In this document: positions 52,301 to 64,000 of the stretch, in pieces | How the letters are laid out: each line of letters begins with the position of its first letter | How positions within the stretch are numbered: the stretch's first letter is position 1 | Source: Eledone cirrhosa | Lineage: Eukaryota | Reading direction: 5' to 3' | Assembly (NCBI GenBank): GCA_964016885.1 | Contig: OZ024741.1 | Span: forward strand, 247,008,001 to 247,072,000 | Length of the DNA stretch: 64,000 nucleotides | Program-made: the position numbers and the translations under genes | Notes under the pieces: generated by a model | What the model was told of the DNA's origin: nothing | Databases searched by the model: none | The model's input: the letters and a program-made list of their open reading frames with translations, nothing else

Positions 52301-55300
52301 AAATTACCTCCTTGGACGGCTGAAAATTATCTCCCCTTGGACGGCTGGAAATTATCTCCCCTTGATTTTTTTACAAATTATCTCCCCCTGATTTATTTTT
52401 ACAAATTATCTCCCCCTGATTTTTTTTTACAAATTATCTACCCCTGATTTTTTTTTACAAATTATCTCCCCCTGATTTTTTTTACAAATTATCTCCCCTG
52501 ATTTTTTTTTACAAATTATCTCCCCCTGATTTTTTTACAAATTATCTCCCCCTGATTTTTTTTACAAATTATCTCCGCCTGATTTTTTTAAATATTATCT
52601 CTCCTTGGCTGGCGGGAAATTATCTCCCCTTGGACGGCTGGAAATTATCTCCCCTTGGAAGGATGGAAATTATCTCCCCTTGGACGGCTGGAAATTATCT
52701 ACCCCTGATTTTTTTTACAAATTATCTCCCCCTGATTTTTTTACAAATTATCTCCCCCTGATTTTTTTTACAAATGATCTCCGCCTGATTTTTTTAAATG
52801 TTATCTCTCCTTGGCTGGCGGGAAATTATCTCCCCTTGGACGGCTGGAAATTATCTCCCCTTGGAAGGATGGAAATTATCTCCCCTTGGACGGCTGGAAA
52901 TTATCTACCCCTGATTTTTTTTACAAATTATCTCCCCCTGATTTTTTTTACAAATTATCTCCCCCTGATTTTTTTTACAAATTATCTACCCCTGATTTTT
53001 TTACAAATTATCTCCCCCTGATTTTTTTTTTACAAATTATCTCCCCCTGATTTTTTTTTACAAATTATCTACCCCTGATTTTTTTTTACAAATCATCTCC
53101 CCTTGATTTTTTTTACAAATTATCTCCCCCTGATTTTTTTTTACAAATTATCTCCCCCTGATTTTTTTTTACAAATTATCTCCCCCTGATTTTTGTTTAC
53201 AAATTATCTCCGCCTGATTTTTTTAAAAAAATTATCTCCCCTTGGACGGCTGGAAATTATCTCCCCTTGGACGGCTAGAAATTACCTCTCCTTGGACGGC
53301 TGAAAATTATCTCCCCTTGGACGGCTGGAAATTATCTCCCCTTGATTTTTTTACAAATTATCTCCCCCTGATTTTTTTTTTACAAATTATCTCCCCCTGA
53401 TTTTTTTTTACAAATTATCTACCCCTGATTTTTTTTTACAAATTATCTCCCCCTGATTTTTTTTACGAATTATCTCCCCCTGATTTTTTTTTACAAATTA
53501 TCTCCCCCTGATTTTTTTAAATGTTATCTCTCCTTGGCTGGCGGGAAATTATCTCCCCTTGGACGGCTGGAAATTATCTCCCCTTGGAAGGATGGAAATT
53601 ATCTCCCCTTGGACGGCTGAAAATTATCTACCCCTGATTTTTTTTACAAATTATCTCCCCCTGATTTTTTTACAAATTATCTCCGCCTGATTTTTTTAAA
53701 TGTTATCTCTCCTTGGCTGGCGGGAAATTATCTCCCCTTGGACGGCTGGAAATTATCTCCCCTTGGAAGGATGGAAATTATCTCCCCTTGGACGGCTGAA
53801 AATTATCTACCCCTGATTTTTTTTTACAAATTATCTCCCCCTGATTTTTTTTACAAATTATCTCCCCCTGATTTTTTTTACAAATTATCTACCCCTGATT
53901 TTTTTTACAAATTATCTCCCCCTGATTTTTTTTACAAATTATCTCCCCCTGATTTTTTTTACAATCTCCGCCTGATTTTTTAAAAAATTATCTTCCCTTG
54001 GCTGGCGGGAAATTATCTCCCCTTGGACGGCTGGAAATTATCTCCCCTTGGAAGGATGGAAATTATCTCCCCTTGGACGGCTGGAAATTATCTCCCCTTG
54101 CACGGCTGGAAATTATAGCCCCTTGGAGGGCTGGAAATTATCTCCCCTTGATATTTTTTTACAAATTATCTCCCCCTGATTTTTTTTTCAAATTATCTCC
54201 CCCTGATTTTTTTTACAAATTATCTCCCCCCTGATTTTTTCACAAATTATCTCCCCTTGGCTGGCTGGAAATTATCTCCCCTTGGAGGCTGGAACTTATC
54301 TCCCCTTGGACGGCTAGAAATTACCTCTCCTTGGACGGCTGGAAAATATGTCTCCTTGGACGGCTGGATATTATCTCCCCTTGGACGGCTGGAAATTATC
54401 TCCCCTTGGACGGCTGGAAATTATCTCCCCTTGGATGGCTAGATATTACCTCCCCTTGGACGGCTGGAAATTATCTCCCCTTGATTATTTTTACAAATTA
54501 TCTCCCCCTGATTTTTTTTTACAAATTATCTCCCCCTGATTTTTTTTTAAAAATTATCTCCCCCTGATTTTTGTTTACAAATTATCTCCGCCTGATTTTT
54601 TTTTTAAAATTATCTCCCCTTGGACGGCTGGAAATTATCTCCCCTTGGACGGCTAGAATTTACCTCTCCTTGGACGGCTGAAAATTATCTCCCCTTGGAC
54701 GGCTGGAAATTATCTCCCCTTGATTTTTTTTACAAATTATCTCCCCCTGATTTTTTTTTACAAATTATCTCCCCCTGATTTTTTTTTACAAATTATCTCC
54801 GCCTGATTTTTTTTACAAATTATCTCCGCCTGATTTTTTTAAATATTATCTCTCCTTGGCTGGCGGGAAATTATCTCCCCTTGGACGGCTGGAAATTATC
54901 TCCCCTTGGAAGGATGGAAATTATCTCCCCTTGGACGGCTGGAAATTATCTACCCCTGATTTTTTTTACAAATTATCTCCCCCTGATTTTTTTACAAATT
55001 ATCTCCGCCTGATTTTTTTTACAAATTATCTCCGCCTGATTTTTTTAAATGTTATCTCTCCTTGGCTGGCGGGAAATTATCTCCCCTTGGACGGCTGGAA
55101 ATTATCTCCCCTTGGAAGGATGGAAATTTTCTCCCCTTGGACGGCTGAAAATTATCTACCCCTGATTTTTTTTACAAATTATCTCCCCCTGATTTTTTTT
55201 ACAAATTATCTCCCCCTGATTTTTTTTACAAATTATCTACCCCTGATTTTTTCTACAAATTATCTCCCCCTGATTTTTTTACAAATTATCTCCCCCTGAT

Positions 55301-58300
55301 TTTTTTTTTACAAATTATCTCCCCCTGATTTTTTTACAAATTATCTCCCCCTGATTTTTTTTTTACAAATTATCTCCCCCTGATTTTTTTACAAATTATC
55401 TCCCCTTGGCTGGCTGGAAATTTTCTCCCCTTGGAGGCTGGAACTTATCTCCCCTTGGACGGCTAGAAATTACCTCTCCTTGGACGGCTGGAAAATATGT
55501 CTCCTTGGACGGCTGGATATTATCTCCCCTTGGACGGCTGGAAATTATCTCCCCTTGGACGGCTGGAAATTATCTCCCCTTGGATGGCTAGATATTACCT
55601 CCCCTTGGACAGCTGGAAATTATCTCCCCTTGATTTTTTTTACAAATTATCTCCCCCTGATTTTTTTTTACAAATTATCTCCCCCTGATTTTTTTTTACA
55701 AATTATCTCCCCCTGATTTTTGTTTACAAATTATCTCCGCCTGATTTTTTAAAAAAAATTATCTCCCCTTGGACGGCTGGAAATTATCTCCCCTTGGACG
55801 GCTAGAAATTACCTCCTTGGACGGCTGAAAATTATCTCCCCTTGGACGGCTGGAAATTATCTCCCCTTGATTTTTTTACAAATTATCTCCCCCTGATTTT
55901 TTTTTTACAAATTATCTCCCCCTGATTTTTTTTTACAAATTATCTACCCCTGATTTTTTTTTACAAATTATCTCCCCCTGATTTTTTTTACAAATTATCT
56001 CCCCTGATTTTTTTTTACAAATTATCTCCCCCTAATTTTTTTACAAATTATCTCCCCCTGATTTTTTTTACAAATTATCTCCGCCTGATTTTTTTAAATA
56101 TTATCTCTCCTTGGCTGGCGGGAAATTATCTCCCCTTGGACGGCTGGAAATTATCTCCCCTTGGAAGGATGGAAATTATCTCCCCTTGGACGGCTGGAAA
56201 TTATCTACCCCTGATTTTTTTTACAAATTATCTCCCCCTGATTTTTTTTACAAATTATCTCCCCCTGATTTTTTTTTACAAATTATCTACATCTGATTTT
56301 TTTACAAATTATCTCCCCTTGGCTGGCTGGAAATTATCCCCCCTTGGACGGCTAGAAATTACCTCTCCTTGGACGGCTGAAAATTATCTCCCCTTGGACG
56401 GCTGGAAATTATCTCCCCTTGATTTTTTTACAAATTATCTCCCCCTGATTTTTTTTTTACAAATTATCTCCTCCTGATTTTTTTTTACAAATTATCTACC
56501 CCTGATTTTTTTTTACAAATTATCTCCCCCTGATTTTTTTTTACAAATTATCTCCCCCTGATTTTTGTTTACAAATTATCTCCGCCTGATTTTTTTAAAA
56601 AAATTATCTCCCCTTGGACGGCTGGAAATTATCTCCCCTTGGACGGCTAGAAATTACCTCTCCTTGGACGGCTGAAAATTATCTCCCCTTGGACGGCTGG
56701 AAATTATCTCCCCTTGATTTTTTTACAAATTATCTCCCCCTGATTTTTTTTTTACAAATTATCTCCTCCTGATTTTTTTTTACAAATTATCTACCCCTGA
56801 TTTTTTTTTACAAATTATCTCCCCCTGATTTTTTTTTACGAATTATCTCCCCCTGATTTTTTTTTTACAAATTATCTCCCCCTGATTTTTTTCAATGTTA
56901 TCTCTCCTTGGCTGGCGGGAAATTATCTCCCCTTGGACGGCTGGAAATTATCTCCCCTTGGAAGGATGGAAATTATCTCCCCTTGGACGGCTGAAAATTA
57001 TCTACCCCTGATTTTTTTTACAAATTATCTCCCCCTGATTTTTTTACAAATTATCTCCGCCTGATTTTTTTAAATGTTATCTCTCCTTGGCTGGCGGGAA
57101 ATTATCTCCCCTTGGACGGCTGGAAATTATCTCCCCTTGGAAGGATGGAAATTATCTCCCCTTGGACGGCTGAAAATTATCTACCCCTGATTTTTTTTAC
57201 AAATTATCTCCCCCTGATTTTTTTTACAAATTATCTCCCCCTGATTTTTTTTACAAATTATCTACCCCTGATTTTTTTTACAAATTATCTCCCCCTGATT
57301 TTTTTTACAAATTATCTCCCCCTGATTTTTTTTTACAAATTATCTCCCCCTGATTTTTTTTTACAAATTATCTCCCCCTGATTTTTTTACAAATTATCTC
57401 CCCCTGATTTTTTTTACAATCTCCGCCTGATTTTTAAAAAAATTATCTTCCCTTGGCTGGCGGGAAATTATCTCCCCTTGGACGGCTGGAAATTATCTCC
57501 CCTTGGAAGGATGGAAATTATCTCCCCTTGGACGGCTGGAAATTATCTCCCCTTGCACGGCTGGAAATTATAGCCCCTTGGAGGGCTGGAAATTATCTCC
57601 CCTTGATATTTTTTACAAATTATCTCCCCCTGATTTTTTTTTCAAATTATCTCCCCCTGATTTTTTTTACAAATTATCTCCCCCCTGATTTTTTTACAAA
57701 TTATCTCCCCTTGGCTGGCTGGAAATTATCTCCCCTTGGAGGCTGGAACTTATCTCCCCTTGGACGGCTAGAAATTACCTCTCCTTGGACGGCTGGAAAA
57801 TATGTCTCCTTGGACGGCTGGATATTATCTCCCCTTGGACGGCTGAAAATTATCTCCCCTTGGACGGCTGGAAATTATCTCCCCTTGGATGGCTAAATAT
57901 TACCTCCCCTTGGACGGCTGGAAATTATCTCCCCCTGATTTTTTTTACAAATTATCTCCCCCTGATTTTTTTTTACAAATTATCTCCCCCTGATTTTTGT
58001 TTACAAATTATCTCCGCCTGATTTTTTAAAAAAAATTATCTCCCCTTGGACGGCTGGAAATTATCTCCCCTTGGACGGCTAGAAATTACCTCCTTGGACG
58101 GCTGAAAATTATCTCCCCTTGGACGGCTGGAAATTATCTCCCCTTGATTTTTTTACAAATTATCTCCCCCTGATTTTTTTTTTACAAATTATCTCCCCCT
58201 GATTTTTTTTTACAAATTATCTACCTCTGATTTTTTTTTACTAATTATCTCCCCCTGATTTTTTTTACAAATTATCTCCCCTGATTTTTTTTTACAAATT

Positions 58301-61300
58301 ATCTCCCCCTGATTTTTTTATAAATTATCTCCCCCTGATTTTTTTTACAAATTATCTCCGCCTGATTTTTTTAAATATTATCTCTCCTTGGCTGGCGGGA
58401 AATTATCTCCCCTTGGACGGCTGGAAATTATCTCCCCTTGGAAGGATGGAAATTATCTCCCCTTGGACGGCTGGAAATTATCTACCCCTGATTTTTTTTA
58501 CAAATTATCTCCCCCTGATTTTTTTACAAATTATCTCCCCCTGATTTTTTTTACAAATTATCTCCGCCTGATTTTTTTAAATGTTATCTCTCCTTGGCTG
58601 GCGGGAAATTATCTCCCCTTGGACGGCTGGAAATTATCTCCCCTTGGAAGGATGGAAATTATCTCCGCCTGATTTTTTTAAATGTTATCTCTCCTTGGCT
58701 GGCGGGAAATTATCTCTCCTTGGACGGCTGGAAATTATCTCCCCTTGGAAGGATGGAAATTATCTCCCCTTGGACGGCTGAAAATTATCTACCCCTGATT
58801 TTTTTTACAAATTATCTCCCCCTGATTTTTTTTACAAATTATCTCCCCCTGATTTTTTTTACAAATTATCCACCCCTGATTTTTTTTACAAATTATCTCC
58901 CCCTGATTTTTTTTACAAATTATCTCCCCCTGATTTTTTTTTACAAATTATCTCCCCCTGATTTTTTTTTTACAAATTATCTCCCCCTGATTTTTTTACA
59001 AATTATCTCCCCCTGATTTTTTTTACAATCTCCGCCTGATTTTTTAAAAAATTATCTTCCCTTGGCTGGCGGGAAATTATCTCCCCTTGGACGGCTGGAA
59101 ATTATCTCCCCTTGGAAGGATGGAAATTATCTCCCCTTGGACGGCTGGAAATTATCTCCCCTTGCACGGCTGGAAATTATAGCCCCTTGGAGGGCTGGAA
59201 ATTATCTCCCCTTGATATTTTTTACAAATTATCTCCCCCTGATTTTTTTTTCAAATTATCTCCCCCTGATTTTTTTTACAAATTATCTCCCCCCTGATTT
59301 TTTTACAAATTATCTCCCCTTGGCTGGCTGGAAATTATCTCCCCTTGGAGGCTGGAACTTATCTCCCCTTGGACGGCTAGAAATTACCTCTCCTTGGACG
59401 GCTGGAAAATATGTCTCCTTGGACGGCTGGATATTATCTCCCCTTGGACGGCTGGAAATTATCTCCCCTTGGACGGCTGGAAATTATCTCCCCTTGGATG
59501 GCTAGATATTACCTCTCCTTGGACGGCTGAAAATTATCTCCCCTTGGACGGCTGGAAATTATCTCCCCTTGATTTTTTTACAAATTATCTCCCCCTGATT
59601 TTTTTTTACAAATTATCTCCCCCTGATTTTTTTTTACAAATTATCTACCCCTGATTTTTTTTTACAAATTATCTCCCCCTGATTTTTTTTACAAATTATC
59701 TCCCCCTGATTTTTTTTACAAATTATCTCCCCCTGATTTTTTTACAAATTATCTCCCCCTGATTTTTTTAAATATTATCTCTCCTTGGCTGGCGGGAAAT
59801 TATCTCCCCTTGGACGGCTGGAAATTATCTCCCCTTGGAAGGATGGAAATTATCTCCCCTTGGACGGCTGGAAATTATCTACCCCTGATTTTTTTTATAA
59901 ATTATCTCCCCCTGATTTTTTTACAAATTATCTCCCCCTGATTTTTTTACAAATTATCTCCGCCTGATTTTTTTAAATGTTATCTCTCCTTGGCTGGCGG
60001 GAAATTATCTCCCCTTGGACGGCTGGAAATTATCTCCCCTTGGAAGGATGGAAATTATCTCCCCTTGGAGGGCTGAAAATTATCTACCCCTGATTTTTTT
60101 TACAAATTATCTCCCCCTGATTTTTTTTACAAATTATCTCCCCCTGATTTTTTTTACAAATTATCTACCCCTGATTTTTTTTACAAATTATCTCCCCCTG
60201 ATTTTTTTTACAAATTATCTCCCCCTGATTTTTTTTTTACAAATTATCTCCCCCTGATTTTTTTACAAATTATCTCCCCCTGATTTTTTTTTTACAAATT
60301 ATCTCCCCCTGATTTTTTTACAAATTATCTCCCCTTGGCTGGCTGGAAATTATCTCCCCTTGGAGGCAGGAACTTATCTCCCCTTGGACGGCTAGAAATT
60401 ACCTCTCCTTGGACGGCTGGAAAATATGTCTCCTTGGACGGCTGGATATTATCTCCCCTTCGACGGCTGTAAATTATCTCCCCTTGGACGGCTGGAAATT
60501 ATCTCCCCTTGGATGGCTAGATATTACCTCCCCTTGGACGGCTGGAAATTATCTCCCCTTGATATTTTTTACAAATTATCTCCCCCTGATTTTTTTTTAC
60601 AAATTATCTCCCCCTGATTTTTTTTTACAAATTATCTCCCCCTGATTTTTGTTTACAAATTATCTCCGCCTGATTTTTAAAAAAAAATTATCTCCCCTTG
60701 GACGGCTGGAAATTATCTCCCCTTGGACGGCTAGAAATTACCTCTCCTTGGACGGCTGAAAATTATCTCCCCTTGGACGGCTGGAAATTATCTCCCCTTG
60801 ATTTTTTTACAAATTATCTCCCCCTGATTTTTTTTTTACAAATTATCTCCCCCTGATTTTTTTTTACAAATTATCTACCCCTGATTTTTTTTACAAATTA
60901 TCTCCCCCTGATTTTTTTACAAATTATCTCCCCCTGATTTTTTTTTACAAATTATCTCCCCCTGATTTTTTTACAAATTATCTCCCCCTGATTTTTTTTA
61001 CAAATTATCTCCGCCTGATTTTTTTAAATATTATCTCTCCTTGGCTGGCGGGAAATTATCTCCCCTTGGACGGCTGGAAATTATCTCCCCTTGGAAGGAT
61101 GGAAATTATCTCCCCTTGGACGGCTGGAAATTATCTACCCCTGATTTTTTTTACAAATTATCTCCCCCTGATTTTTTTACAAATTATCTCCCCCTGATTT
61201 TTTTTACAAATTATCTCCGCCTGATTTTTTTAAATGTTATCTCTCCTTGGCTGGCGGGAAATTATCTCCCCTTGGACGGCTGGAAATTATCTCCCCTTGG

Positions 61301-64000
61301 AAGGATGGAAATTATCTCCCCTTGGACGGCTGAAAATTATCTCCCCTTGGAGGCTGGAACTTATCTCCCCTTGGACGGCTAGAAATTACCTCTCCTTGGA
61401 CGGCTGGAAAATATGTCTCCTTGGACGGCTGGATATTATCTCCCCTTGGACGGCTGGAAATTATCTCCCCTTGGACGGCTGGAAATTATCTCCCCTTGGA
61501 TGGCTAGATATTACCTCCCCTTGGACGGCTGGAAATTATCTCCCCTTGATTTTTTTTACAAATTATCTCCCCCTGATTTTTTTTTACAAATTATCTTCCC
61601 CTGATTTTTTTTTACAAATTATCTCCCCCTGATTTTTGTTTACAAATTATCTCCGCCTGATTTTTTTAAAAAAATTATCTCCCCTTGGACGGCTGGAAAT
61701 TATCTCCCCTTGGACGGCTAGAAATTACCTCCTTGGACGGCTGAAAATTATCTCCCCTTGGACGGCTGGAAATTATCTCCCCTTGATTTTTTTACAAATT
61801 ATCTCCCCCTGATTTTTTTTTCAAATTATCTCCCCCTGATTTTTTTTACAAATTATCTCCCCCCTGATTTTTTTACAAATTATCTCCCCTTGGCTGGCTG
61901 GAAATTATCTCCCCTTGGAGGCTGGAACTTATCTCCCCTTGGACGGCTAGAAATTACCTCTCCTTGGACGGCTGGAAAATATGTCTCCTTGGACGGCTGG
62001 ATATTATCTCCCCTTGGACGGCTGGAAATTATCTCCCCTTGGACGGCTGGAAATTATCTCCCCTTGGATGGCTAGATATTACCTCCCCTTGGACGGCTGG
62101 AAATTATCTCCCCTTGATTTTTTTTACAAATTATCTCCCCCTGATTTTTTTTTACAAATTATCTCCCCCTGATTTTTTTTTAAAAATTATCTCCCCCTGA
62201 TTTTTGTTTACAAATTATCTCCGCCTGATTTTTTTTTAAAAATTATCTCCCCTTGGACGGCTGGAAATTATCTCCCCTTGGACGGCTGGAAATTATATCT
62301 CCTTGGACGGCTAGAATTTACCTCTCCTTGGACGGCTGAAAATTATCTCCCCTTGGACGGCTGGAAATTATCTCCCCTTGATTTTTTTTACAAATTATCT
62401 CCCCCTGATTTTTTTTTACAAATTATCTCCCCCTGATTTTTTTTTACAAATTATCTCCCCCTAATTTTTTTTTACAAATTATCTCCCCCTAATTTTTTTA
62501 CAAATTATCTCCCCTTGGCTGGCTGGAAATTATCTCCCCTTGGAGGCTGGAACTTATCTCCCCTTGGACGGCTAGAAATTACGTCTCCTTGGACGGCTGG
62601 AAAATATGTCTCCTTGGACGGCTCGATATTATCTCCCGTTGGACGGCTGGAAATTATCTCCCCTTGGACGGCTGGAAATTATCTCCCCTTGGATGGCTAG
62701 ATATTACCTCCCCTTGGACGGCTGGAAATTATCTCCCCTTGATTTTTTTTACAAATTATCTCCCCCTGATTTTTTTTTACAAATTATCTACCCCTGATTT
62801 TTTTTTACAAATTATCTCCCCCTGATTTTTGTTTACAAATTATCTCCGCCTGATTTTTTTAAAAAAATTATCTCCCCTTGGACGGCTGGAAATTATCTCC
62901 CCTTGGACGGCTAGAAATTACCTCTCCTTGGACGGCTGAAAATTATCTCCCCTTGGACGGCTGGAAATTATCTCCCCTTGATTTTTTTACAAATTATCTC
63001 CCCCTGATTTTTTTTTTTACAAATTATCTCCCCCTGATTTTTTTTTACAAATTATCTACCCCTGATTTTTTTTTACAAATTATCTCCCCCTGATTTTTTT
63101 TACAAATTATCTCCCCCTGATTTTTTTTTACAAATTATCTCCCCCTGATTTTTTTACAAATTATCTCCCCCTGATTTTTTTTACAAATTATCTCCGCCTG
63201 ATTTTTTTAAATATTATCTCTCCTTCGCTGGCGGGAAATTATCTCCCCTTGGACGGCTGGAAATTATCTCCCCTTGGAAGGATGGAAATTATCTCCTCTT
63301 GGACGGCTGGAAATTATCTACCCCTGATTTTTTTTACAAATTATCTCCCCCTGATTTTTTTACAAATTATCTCCCCCTGATTTTTTTTACAAATTATCTC
63401 CGCCTGATTTTTTTAAATGTTATCTCTCCTTGGCTGGCGGGAAATTATCTCTCCTTGGACGGCTGGAAATTATCTCCCCTTGGAAGGATGGAAATTATCT
63501 CCCCTTGGACGGCTGAAAATTATCTACCCCTGATTTTTTTTACAAATTATCTCCCCCTGATTTTTTTTACAAATTATCTCCCCCTGATTTTTTTTACAAA
63601 TTATCTACCCCTGATTTTTTTTACAAATTATCTCCCCCTGATTTTTTTTACAAATTATCTCCCCTGATTTTTTTTTTACAAATTATCTCCCCCTGATTTT
63701 TTTTTTACAAATTATCTCCCCCTGATTTTTTTACAAATTATCTCCCCTTGGCTGGCTGGAAATTATCTCCCCTTGGAGGCTGGAACTTATCTCCCCTTGG
63801 ACGGCTAGAAATTACCTCTCCTTGGACGGCTGGAAAATATGTCTCCTTGGACGGCTGGATATTATCTCCCCTTGGACGGCTGGAAATTATCTCCCCTTGG
63901 ACGGCTGGAAATTATCTCCCCTTGGATGGCTAGATATTACCTCCCCTTGGACGGCTGGAAATTATCTCCCCTTGATTTTTTTTACAAATTATCTCCCCCT
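43374..64000 (+). repeat. Long segmental (super-higher-order) repeat, copy 2 (runs off the window end)
   Basis: 48151-64000 matches 14642-30492 with only about seven differences noticed by eye. 43374-47136 matches 6972-10763, including GGATGTAAA (~8591/~44958) and ACCTCTCGGAC (~9216/~45590). Confidence 0.92.

Larger units (their letters stand above)
1..64000 (+). repeat. Complex two-monomer satellite array (type A 25 bp; type B 26-29 bp), head-to-tail, extending past both window edges
   Basis: Core AAATTATCTCCCC (or a 1-2 nt variant) recurs every 23-30 bp from the first to the last line, followed by either TTGGACGGCTGG-like (A) or CTGA(T)nAC (B) tails. I saw no unique sequence and no inverted copy (no GGGGAGATAATTT on the + strand). 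Confidence 0.99.

Noticed and set aside
587-63933. Some 200 short + strand ORFs (60-190 aa) with NYLPLIFFT / KLSPLGR / IISPW repeats
   Set aside because: They are translations of the 25/27-bp monomers in all three frames, mostly starting at the TTG inside the repeat. They open and close with T-tract length, show no frame preservation (25, 26, 28, 29 bp units) and have no recognisable domain.
1-64000. CRISPR-like repeat-spacer appearance (constant core plus variable tail)
   Set aside because: The core is only 13-16 nt, and the 'spacers' are 9-13 nt, fall into two classes and repeat hundreds of times. There is no leader, no unique spacers and no cas genes.
1-64000. Telomerase-type or stochastic two-template synthesis of A and B units
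   Set aside because: Order and rare variants are inherited in multi-kb blocks, as expected from DNA-level duplication, not de novo templated addition. A recombination-maintained subtelomeric or telomeric location cannot be excluded.
1-64000. Assignment to a known satellite family, centromere or organism
   Set aside because: I do not recognise the monomers. I saw no CENP-B box and no canonical telomeric repeat. Assignment needs a database search and chromatin or cytological data.
1-64000. Mobile element, MITE or Helitron-internal repeat
   Set aside because: No terminal inverted repeats, LTRs, target-site duplications or coding remnants are visible in the window. An origin from such an element cannot be tested without the array flanks.

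Overview
The whole 64 kb window is one uninterrupted, single-orientation complex satellite (tandem repeat) array of roughly 2,400 short monomers (64,000 / ~26.5 bp). I can support no genes, RNA genes, transposons or CRISPR arrays. Two monomer types share the 13-nt core AAATTATCTCCCC: type A = AAATTATCTCCCCTTGGACGGCTGG (25 bp, 52% GC) and type B = AAATTATCTCCCCCTGA(T)7-10AC (26-29 bp, ~30% GC). Runs of A come as a few fixed cassettes of diagnostic variants (here named P, Q, R, S), separated by runs of B. These build nested higher-order repeats: 179/206 bp, ~1.1-1.25 kb, ~3.4-5.4 kb, a recent 3,575 bp tandem duplication, and a >20 kb near-identical segmental repeat (6972-30492 vs 43374-64000) whose offsets reconcile to the base. 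All ORFs supplied are translations of the repeat. The most notable observations are (i) the constant-core/two-module architecture with an AGATAA (GATA-type) motif in nearly every monomer, (ii) a hypervariable TnAm junction whose total length stays at 14 while the T/A boundary slides, and (iii) a reconstructable history of in-register rearrangements. I do not recognise the satellite family or the organism. A eukaryotic heterochromatic, centromeric or subtelomeric origin is inference only. All comparisons were made by eye and from ORF-coordinate offsets, not by computed alignment.
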